From Bacillota bacterium (GTDB lineage: Bacteria > Bacillota > TC1), in contig JAGXHX010000082.1 in assembly GCA_024635955.1 (NCBI GenBank), forward strand, positions 1 to 55,147: a stretch of 55,147 nt of DNA, in the 5' to 3' direction. Below, one piece after another: positions 49,026 through 55,147 of the stretch. The translations under genes and the position numbers were made by a program. The notes beneath the pieces are model-generated. The model was not told the origin of the DNA and did not search any database. It saw nothing but the letters and a program-made list of their open reading frames with translations. Each line of letters begins with the position of its first letter. Within the stretch, counting starts at the first letter, position 1.

Positions 49026-49040
49026 TTTTATTACTCCACT

Positions 49041-49832
49041 CTAAATTAGTTTTCTTTTATTAAATGGTGCACTAATAAATCTTAGTGCTGTTTTTGTGTT
49101 TGTTAACCAGGCAATTCTTGTACCATTTTTAGAATTATGAAGAATTCTTGGAACGAAAAATTCCGCAACTGTTTCAGGTTTATCACCTAAAATATTAAAT
49201 ATTTTTTTAAAACTATTATTTTCTAAATGTTCAGAATTTTCTCCCTCTGGACCTTTAGTTATAAAATCTGTTAACATCATTCCCGGAGATAAACGTCCTG
49301 CAATAATACCACTGTCTTTTAATTCTTTGGCCAAGCCAATCATAAAATATGTTAAAGCACATTTTGTTGTTCCATATAGAATAGTTTTAATTTGCCACAT
49401 GTTATTAGATCCAAGACCCTCCATACTATAGATTGCACCTTTTTTTTGTTTTAACATATTTTCAGCAGCTATTTGTGAACCATAAATCATACCTAAAATA
49501 TTTGTGTTAATTACATTTTCAGTATAACATATCTCAGTTTCCCAAATATTCTTATGCGGAACATTTACACCTGCGTTATTTATCCAAATATCCACAGTTG
49601 ACCATTTTTTTTGTGATGCAACCCATAATTTCTTTAGGTTTTCTTTCTCTTTAACATCACATTGCACATAAATATATTTATCTTTGTATTTATTAAGTGC
49701 TAGTACTAGTTCATCATTCATTGCACTCTTTCTTCCAGAAATAGTTACATTACAACCTGCTTCAAGGAATTTTTTAGCCATTTCCAGTCCAATACCTTTA
49801 GTACTTCCTGTTATTACTATATTCTTATTCAT
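49041..49832 (-). CDS. SDR family oxidoreductase
   Basis: TGSTKGIG cofactor motif, NNAG, and a YGTTK (YxxxK) catalytic motif. Confidence 0.85.
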   Translation of the reverse strand: MNKNIVITGSTKGIGLEMAKKFLEAGCNVTISGRKSAMNDELVLALNKYKDKYIYVQCDVKEKENLKKLWVASQKKWSTVDIWINNAGVNVPHKNIWETEICYTENVINTNILGMIYGSQIAAENMLKQKKGAIYSMEGLGSNNMWQIKTILYGTTKCALTYFMIGLAKELKDSGIIAGRLSPGMMLTDFITKGPEGENSEHLENNSFKKIFNILGDKPETVAEFFVPRILHNSKNGTRIAWLTNTKTALRFISAPFNKRKLI

Positions 49833-49851
49833 TATATTTGCTCCTTTTAGT

Positions 49852-50184
49852 TCATATTTGAATACTAATTATTGGTAAAACGATAATTACCGGTTTTTCA
49901 TAAGGATGAATAGTTTTTATAATATCTATCACTAAACTAAGCAAATTCCTAGAACAACAAAACTCCACCTTTATTTCATCTTCTTGTGAAACTTCTCCTA
50001 TATCTCCACTGTATGGATTAGAACCTTTTAAAGGCCTCCAGTAACTTACTACTTTCGAAGTGGTTATACAATTATCATATATTTCATCAATTGTAAGTGC
50101 TCCTATTTCATTTAGTTTTTTTCTCAATAACAAAAAAAATTCTTCCGGAATATATGTTTCTATTTTATAATTATCATAATTCAT
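49852..50184 (-). CDS. Small alpha/beta protein resembling the PII-like insert domain of NIF3/YqfO proteins (COG3323-like)
   Basis: The pattern KIETYIPEEF...WRPLKGSNPYSGDIGEVSQEDEIKVEF...HPYEKP matches, as I recall it, the NIF3 cap-domain pattern. Good GAGGAG SD. Confidence 0.4.
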   Translation of the reverse strand: MNYDNYKIETYIPEEFFLLLRKKLNEIGALTIDEIYDNCITTSKVVSYWRPLKGSNPYSGDIGEVSQEDEIKVEFCCSRNLLSLVIDIIKTIHPYEKPVIIVLPIISIQI

Positions 50185-50307
50185 CTTAACTCCTCTTTAA
50201 TTGTCTCTATATAAAAGATATTACTCTTATTAAGTAATCTTTTCAATACTATAAAAATCTGATACACTAATCTTATAAGAATACTATGAAAAAAGGAGGT
50301 AATTTTT

Positions 50308-50529
50308 ATGGCAGAGATACATATTAATGTTACAGGAGAAAATTGTCCAGTACCCTTAGTAGAAACTAGAAAAGCAGTAAAAAAGGCCCAGCCAGGTGAC
50401 ATCATAGAAATAACAGGCTCTAATTCAGCCTCTAAAAAAGAAATTCCTATGGCGGCGGCTGCATTAAAGCTTAAAGTAGTAAGCATTGAAGAAACAGATG
50501 GAATTTGGAAAATTAAAATTGAAAAATAA
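50308..50529 (+). CDS. TusA/SirA-like sulfurtransferase
   Basis: 73 aa with a GENCPVPLVETRKAVKK motif (conserved CPxP cysteine). AGGAGG SD. Confidence 0.8.
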   Translation: MAEIHINVTGENCPVPLVETRKAVKKAQPGDIIEITGSNSASKKEIPMAAAALKLKVVSIEETDGIWKIKIEK

Positions 50530-50542
50530 GGAGAATAATATA

Positions 50543-50962
50543 ATGGAAGATAAAACTACGATTGTTGTCCAAAGTGGAGATATGGATAAGTTATATAGTG
50601 CCCTAATTATATCTAATGGTTCTTTAGCAATGGGTATGGAAGTTTCCCTCTATTTTACATTTTGGGGACTTTTACGATTAAAAAAAGGTGGTCTTAATAA
50701 AGGTCCATTATCAAAAATGAATTTTCTAAGCTTAGGTAGAAGAATGATTCTTAGTCGAATGAAGAAAAATAATGTAGCTAGTTTGGACCACTTGTTAGAC
50801 GATTTCAAAGAACTTGGTGGACGAATAATAGCTTGTGAAATGACAATGGGTATTATGGGTATTCAAAGAAGTGATTTAAGAGAAGATCTAATTGATGAAT
50901 ATGGTGCTGTTGGCACTTATATTAAAGAAGCAAGAGATTCAAATATAACCTTATTTATATAG
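50543..50962 (+). CDS. DsrE/DsrF-like family protein (COG2210-type)
   Basis: About 139 aa with the start TTIVVQSGDMDKLYSALIISNGSLAMG and a single Cys in IIACEMT. ATG at 50543 after AAGGAG; the track start lies inside the TusA-like gene. Confidence 0.72.
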   Translation: MEDKTTIVVQSGDMDKLYSALIISNGSLAMGMEVSLYFTFWGLLRLKKGGLNKGPLSKMNFLSLGRRMILSRMKKNNVASLDHLLDDFKELGGRIIACEMTMGIMGIQRSDLREDLIDEYGAVGTYIKEARDSNITLFI

Positions 50963-50977
50963 AAATGGAGTAATCAA

Positions 50978-52150
50978 ATGGATAAAAATATATATATGGA
51001 TAATGCTGCAGCCACACGGCTAGATGAAAAAGTAATGGAAGCTATGAAACCTTTTTTCTTCGAAAATTATTCAATAGCTACCTCAGAATTCGGTTATTCT
51101 ATGGGAATAGATGCTAAAAATGCATTAGACGAGGCTAGAACTTTTCTAGCTAAAAGTTTGGGTGCAGAAAATACTGAGTTTATCTTTACCTCAGGCAGTG
51201 CAGAATCAAGCAATCTTGCCTTAAAAGGAGTAGCCAAAGCCTTAGGATCAAAAAAAGGCAAACATATAATAATAAGTAAAATTGAAGATTTCCCTGTTCT
51301 TTATAGTGCTAAAACCTTGGAGAAAGAGGGTTTCAAGATCGACTATATTGATGTTGATGAGTTTGGTTTTGTAAATATTGAGGAGTTAGAAAACTTGATA
51401 ACTGAAGAAACTATTCTTGTTTCTATTCAACATGCAAATCAAGAAATCGGAACATTACAAGATATTCAAAAAATAGGGAACCTCTGTTGGAAAAAGCACA
51501 CTATATTCCATACTGATGCTACTCATAGTTTTACTAGAGTCCCTCTTGATGTCAAAGATATACCTGCCGATTTAATAACTGTTTCAGCTCATACTATCCA
51601 CGGTCCTAAAGGAATTGGTGGTCTATATATTCGTAAAGGTACACCAATAGCCAAAATAATGGATGGTGGTTTTCAAGAATTTAATTTAAGGGGTGGTATG
51701 GATAATATTCCTGGTGCTGTAGGATTTGCAAAAGCTGTTGAATTAGTAAATGATGAAGAAAACAAGAGGCTACAAGCAATGAGCAATAAAATTGTTGAAA
51801 TGATTGTTGCAAAAATACCAGAAGTAACAATTAATGGAGATAAAATTAAAAGGTTACCACAAAATACTAATATTAGTTTTCATTTTGTTGAAGGTGAATC
51901 AATTACACTCCATCTTGATATGTATGACATAGCTGTAAGTACAGGTTCTGCTTGTTTCAGCAGATCTCTTGAAGCTAGTCATGTAATAGCTGCTATTGGC
52001 GGAGATCATGAAAGAGCTCATGGTTCTATCAGGTTTAGTTTAGGTAGGTATAATACAATGGAAGAAGTTGAATATGTAGTAGAAACCCTTGCTGATATTA
52101 TTAAAAAATTAAGAATAATCAGTCCCTTGGGAAAAGAGAAGGAGGTATAA
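50978..52150 (+). CDS. IscS/NifS-like class V aminotransferase-fold protein lacking the PLP-binding lysine
   Basis: Collinear with cysteine desulfurases (YMDNAA, FTSGSAESSN, HANQEIG, HTDATH, HGPKGIGGLYIR, STGSAC, RFSLGRYNT). The SGHK motif reads SAHT, with Thr206 at codon 51593-51595. Confidence 0.85.
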   Translation: MDKNIYMDNAAATRLDEKVMEAMKPFFFENYSIATSEFGYSMGIDAKNALDEARTFLAKSLGAENTEFIFTSGSAESSNLALKGVAKALGSKKGKHIIISKIEDFPVLYSAKTLEKEGFKIDYIDVDEFGFVNIEELENLITEETILVSIQHANQEIGTLQDIQKIGNLCWKKHTIFHTDATHSFTRVPLDVKDIPADLITVSAHTIHGPKGIGGLYIRKGTPIAKIMDGGFQEFNLRGGMDNIPGAVGFAKAVELVNDEENKRLQAMSNKIVEMIVAKIPEVTINGDKIKRLPQNTNISFHFVEGESITLHLDMYDIAVSTGSACFSRSLEASHVIAAIGGDHERAHGSIRFSLGRYNTMEEVEYVVETLADIIKKLRIISPLGKEKEV

Positions 52151-52152
52151 AG

Positions 52153-52788
52153 ATGTCATTTCCATATAATGATATAGTATTAGAACATTTTAAGAATCCA
52201 AGAAATATTGGAAGTATTGAAAATCCTGATGGTAAAGCCATGGAGGGTAGTCCGGCTTGTGGTGACATGGTCTCACTTTATCTTAAAGTTGATCCAAAAA
52301 CTTTGATAATAACTGATATTAAATTTGAGTCTTATGGTTGTGCTTCAAATATTGCAACTGGCTCAATAATAACTGAACTAGCTAAAGGTAAAACAATTGG
52401 AGAAGCTAAAAAAATTACCTGGAAACAGGCTTCAGATGCTCTTGGCGGTTTGCCTTCTATTAAGGTTCATTGTTCTGTATTAGCTGTAGAATCTTTAAGA
52501 GCTGCTATACAAAATTATGAAGAGAAACATGGTCTAATTACTGAAAAGGTAGAAACTACTGAAGAAGTCATAAGGAAAAGATTGAAGAAAGTTATGAATC
52601 CAATCAAGGGTTTGGATATGGTAACTACCAATCTTGTTAAGGAAGTTAGTGTAAAAGATGGTATAGTACATATATCAATTGATCTTCCAGAAAATCATCA
52701 ATTTGCCAATGCAATTAAATCTGACGCTATAGAAAAAATCGAAACACTTTGGGATGTTAAAGAAATTAATATAGATTTCACAGAATAA
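52153..52788 (+). CDS. IscU/NifU-N-type Fe-S scaffold fused to a C-terminal DUF59 (MIP18/SufT-like) domain
   Basis: IscU motifs GSPACGDMV, YGCASNIA and KVHCSVLA occupy residues 1 to about 125. Residues about 135-211 follow the DUF59 pattern (V..RLKKVMNPIKGLDMVTTNLVKEVSVKDGIVHISIDL) but contain no Cys. Confidence 0.82.
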   Translation: MSFPYNDIVLEHFKNPRNIGSIENPDGKAMEGSPACGDMVSLYLKVDPKTLIITDIKFESYGCASNIATGSIITELAKGKTIGEAKKITWKQASDALGGLPSIKVHCSVLAVESLRAAIQNYEEKHGLITEKVETTEEVIRKRLKKVMNPIKGLDMVTTNLVKEVSVKDGIVHISIDLPENHQFANAIKSDAIEKIETLWDVKEINIDFTE

Positions 52789-53126
52789 TGAACTGAACCC
52801 CAAATTTTGAACAGTTTAATTAAGCAACTCTTAGGGACTGAATCCGGTATTGTACTGGACTCAGTCCTTTTAATTTGCATTTAATTCGTTTATTGTTGTA
52901 ATAATATATGTATTCTTCAATTTCGCTCATCAGATATTCTGTGGAATTGAATTTATATTTCGTACATGCTCATGACTTGTTCCTAAGATATGTGCACTCT
53001 GTTTGGGAGACATTCCTTCCTCTACAATTCTAATAACTACTTCTAATCTTTCTTCATACGAATATTTTGACATAAAAATGCACCTCCAAATGTTAGTTTT
53101 TTGTCCAACATTCGGGGTGCACTTCA
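52789..53126 (-). mobile_element. IS3-family (IS150-like) internal-deletion derivative, 338 bp, non-autonomous
   Basis: Imperfect terminal inverted repeats (TGAACTGAACCCCAAATTTTGAACA and TGAAGTGCACCCCGAATGTTGGACA, about 20 of 26 matched) and flanking TAA/TAA direct repeats. It retains the OrfA N-terminus (MSKYSYEERLEVVIRIVEEGMSPKQSAHILG) and the transposase C-terminus (EYIYYYNNKRIKCKLKGLSPVQYRIQS) in different frames. Confidence 0.75.
52835..52871 (+). terminator. Hairpin plus T4 inside the IS remnant that could terminate the upstream operon
   Basis: GGACTGA..CCGGTA-TTG-TACTGG..TCAGTCC followed by TTTT on the plus strand. Confidence 0.45.
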
Positions 53127-53174
53127 TAATTAAATTAGTATGAAATCAAAAAAAATCTACATTTAATTATAGGT

Positions 53175-53630
53175 TTAATCTTTATTTTTAAGATCTTCTA
53201 TTAAGGCTTTCATTTCTTTTATCTCTTTTACCTGAGCCTTAATTATACCATCTGCTAATTCTCTAACTCTAGGATCTTCTATTTTTGCACGTTTACTGGT
53301 TAAAATTGCTATAGAGTGATGAGGAATCATACCTTCCATATAATCTACATCACCTATAGTAGTTTGATTTCTCATTAAATAAAATGATGATACAAATATT
53401 AATAAACTTATTCCTACTATAGCCATATTAACCTTTTTATCTTTAAGCATACCTAGCATAAATAAAAGCATTACTACTGCCATAACACAGGTGGAAAGTA
53501 TTGTCATATATAATCTTTCCTCGCTAAAGTATATATGATCTAATTGATAAGTATTAAGATACATAGCTACATACATAAAAATCCCAGCAGTTATAATCAT
53601 TCCAAAAAATTTAGCATAAGTTTTTTTCAT
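53175..53630 (-). CDS. DUF305 domain-containing membrane protein
   Basis: Three N-terminal TM helices and a C-terminal MIPHHSIAILTS...ADGIIKAQVKEIKEMK motif typical of DUF305. Confidence 0.72.
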   Translation of the reverse strand: MKKTYAKFFGMIITAGIFMYVAMYLNTYQLDHIYFSEERLYMTILSTCVMAVVMLLFMLGMLKDKKVNMAIVGISLLIFVSSFYLMRNQTTIGDVDYMEGMIPHHSIAILTSKRAKIEDPRVRELADGIIKAQVKEIKEMKALIEDLKNKD

Positions 53631-53896
53631 CTTTAATCACTCCTTTTTTTTAATTTTATGAATGTAAAACACTTCCTCTTTCTGTTTGACATTAGTATAA
53701 AATAATATTAAATCAAAATCAAGTAGAATCATATCAGTAATAATTTACTGGTACTTAATATTATAATAATACATGTCAATACCCTTAACTCATTCTTTCT
53801 TAAACCCTATTTTTTATTTAAAGTATATCAGCTTTCTATTGTTTTCATTACTAATTAAGTATATAATTTTCACATAATAAATAATTATGGAGGCAA

Positions 53897-54772
53897 ATGA
53901 TTATGATGGATTTAGAACAATATCATCAAATTATCGAATTTTCTCCTAATATGATCTGGAGATCAAATCTTACTACCGAATGTGATTATTTTAATAAGAT
54001 TTGGCTAGATTTTACAGGCAGAACTCTTGAAGAAGAGCTTGGTTTTGGTTGGGCGCAGGGAGTTCACCCTGATGATTTTGATAGATGTGTAAAAATTTAT
54101 GTAGACAGTTTTGAAAAACAACAAAAATTTGAAATGGACTACCGTCTTAAAAGATATGACGGTCAGTATAGATGGATAAATGATAGAGGAACTCCTTTCT
54201 ATAATGAAAATGGTGACTTTTTAGGTTATATTGGTAGTTGTATGGATGTTACTGAAAAAATTGAAGGCCAGACTCTTAAAGAAATGGCTCAAACAGATGC
54301 ACTATGCAATACTTATAATAGACAATATTCAATTCAATTGTTATTAGAATTATTTAATAATATAAAAGATAGTCCTGCCCCATTTTCACTTCTGATGATA
54401 GATATTGATGATTTTAAAACTATTAATGATCAATATGGACATTTAGCTGGGGACAAAGTTCTTTCAACAATTGCCAGTTTAATAAAAAGTGAATTAAGAA
54501 GTCCTGACATTTTTGGTCGATATGGTGGTGACGAGTTTCTTGTTGGTTTAGTTAATACAGATAAGAATGATTCTATTGGTGTAGCTCAACGGATTAGGAC
54601 CACAGTTAATAAATCTGAAATAAAACTGAAAAGTGGCGAAACTATACATGCTACTTTAAGTATTGGCGTAACAACTTTAAATAAAGAAGAAAATCTCGAT
54701 GAATTTATAAATAACGCTGATAAAAAACTATATGAAGCAAAAAGAAATGGTAAAAATTCATATAAAGCCTAA
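53897..54772 (+). CDS. PAS domain-containing diguanylate cyclase (GGDEF)
   Basis: PAS region (YRLKRYDGQYRWINDRGTPFYNENGDFLGYIGSCMDVTE) and a GGDEF domain with an intact GGDEF motif and an RSPD I-site 5 residues upstream. The start may be the ATG at 53903. Confidence 0.87.
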   Translation: MIMMDLEQYHQIIEFSPNMIWRSNLTTECDYFNKIWLDFTGRTLEEELGFGWAQGVHPDDFDRCVKIYVDSFEKQQKFEMDYRLKRYDGQYRWINDRGTPFYNENGDFLGYIGSCMDVTEKIEGQTLKEMAQTDALCNTYNRQYSIQLLLELFNNIKDSPAPFSLLMIDIDDFKTINDQYGHLAGDKVLSTIASLIKSELRSPDIFGRYGGDEFLVGLVNTDKNDSIGVAQRIRTTVNKSEIKLKSGETIHATLSIGVTTLNKEENLDEFINNADKKLYEAKRNGKNSYKA

Positions 54773-54777
54773 ATTAA

Positions 54778-54806
54778 ATGACCATCTAATTAGATGGTCA
54801 TTTTTA
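54778..54806 (+). terminator. Rho-independent terminator after the GGDEF gene
   Basis: ATGACCATCTAATTAGATGGTCAT palindromic hairpin followed by T5. Confidence 0.75.
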
Positions 54807-54896
54807 TTTAAATATTTGTTTTACATAAAAGTTTATGATAAAATTTTTATGGATGTTTGAAAACATTTACAAGTTAAAAGTAAAGGTGTGATAAAA

Positions 54897-55147
54897 ATGA
54901 TCGATATACTAATTAAAAATGCGCAAATTGTTACAGTTGATGAAGGTAAAATTTTACAAAATAGTGCCATAGCCATCGAAGGTAACAAAATTGTTGATAT
55001 AGGTGATAGTAAAGAACTAACATCAAGATATCCAGAAGCCAAAAAAATAATTGATGCTACTGATAAAGTGGTATTCCCAGGATTAATAAACACACATAAT
55101 CACCTTTTCCAAACACTATTCAAAGGTTTAGGTGATGATATGGTAAT
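54897..55147 (+). CDS. Amidohydrolase family protein, N-terminal fragment (runs off the window); paralogue of 46850-48220
   Basis: My own translation is MIDILIKNAQIVTVDEGKILQNSAIAIEGNKIVDIGDSKELTSRYPEAKKIIDATDKVVFPGLINTHNHLFQTLFKGLGDDMV, with an HxH motif. It is absent from the track because no stop lies within the window. Confidence 0.8.
   Translation, partial: MIDILIKNAQIVTVDEGKILQNSAIAIEGNKIVDIGDSKELTSRYPEAKKIIDATDKVVFPGLINTHNHLFQTLFKGLGDDMV

Noticed and set aside
52930-53127. 65-aa track ORF (MKCTPNVGQ...)
   Set aside because: It is not an independent gene. It is the truncated OrfA N-terminus of the IS3-family deletion derivative, and the upstream 18 codons cover the element's inverted repeat and SD.
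1-55147. Scan for CRISPR arrays, tRNA/rRNA genes, prophage or defence-island signatures (restriction-modification, toxin-antitoxin, Cas, abortive-infection ATPases)
   Set aside because: No regularly spaced direct repeats were found. No intergenic region has a cloverleaf-like or rRNA-like sequence. No ORF has recognisable nuclease, methylase or NTPase defence motifs. The only mobile DNA is the IS3 remnant.

Overview
AT-rich, gene-dense chromosomal segment typical of a low-GC Firmicute (Clostridia/Tissierellia-like; the species cannot be assigned from sequence alone). About 60 real genes, mostly on the minus strand, in tightly coupled operons with GGAGG-type Shine-Dalgarno sites and clear hairpin terminators. 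No rRNA, tRNA, CRISPR array or prophage was found.

Content in order:
- Aconitase 3' end, C-N hydrolase, rubrerythrin, PspC-domain protein, two tandem CPA2 antiporters, an MGDG-synthase-like glycosyltransferase, CPBP protease, thioredoxin, citrate synthase, hpf, comFC, phosphoglucomutase, folP and an FTR1 permease.
- A complete trpE-GD-C-F-B-A operon behind a Trp T-box.
- A TetR-SulP pair, then an OsmC-family gene followed by a DUF4825-like lipoprotein gene.
- A cobalamin-riboswitch-controlled btuFCD-like plus cobT-cobU-cobS salvage operon.
- A YhaM-type cysteine desulfidase, divergent pdxR and pdxST, and a coaBC-panBCD-coaX block.
- An FMN-riboswitch-controlled ribD-E-BA-H operon.
- Two tandem iron-sulfur flavoproteins next to an XRE-cupin regulator, then two amidohydrolase paralogues, the second cut by the window end.
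- A PAS-GGDEF cyclase and a DUF305 protein.

The most unusual locus is 50.3-52.8 kb. It is an operon of a TusA-like protein, a DsrE-like protein, an IscS/NifS homologue in which the PLP-binding lysine and several other PLP-contact motifs are replaced, and an IscU scaffold fused to a cysteine-less DUF59 domain. A 338-bp IS3-family deletion derivative with terminal inverted repeats and a TAA target duplication sits immediately after its last stop codon.

Smaller observations:
- A frameshifted conserved small membrane protein gene.
- Two genes whose conserved N-termini appear to start at ATA codons.
- A homopolymer-associated start ambiguity in the CPBP gene.
- A duplicated palindromic operator bracketing the FTR1 promoter.
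- A DnaA-box cluster upstream of hpf.
- An untracked 54-aa zinc-ribbon gene.

All functional calls come from motif recognition by eye; no database search was possible.
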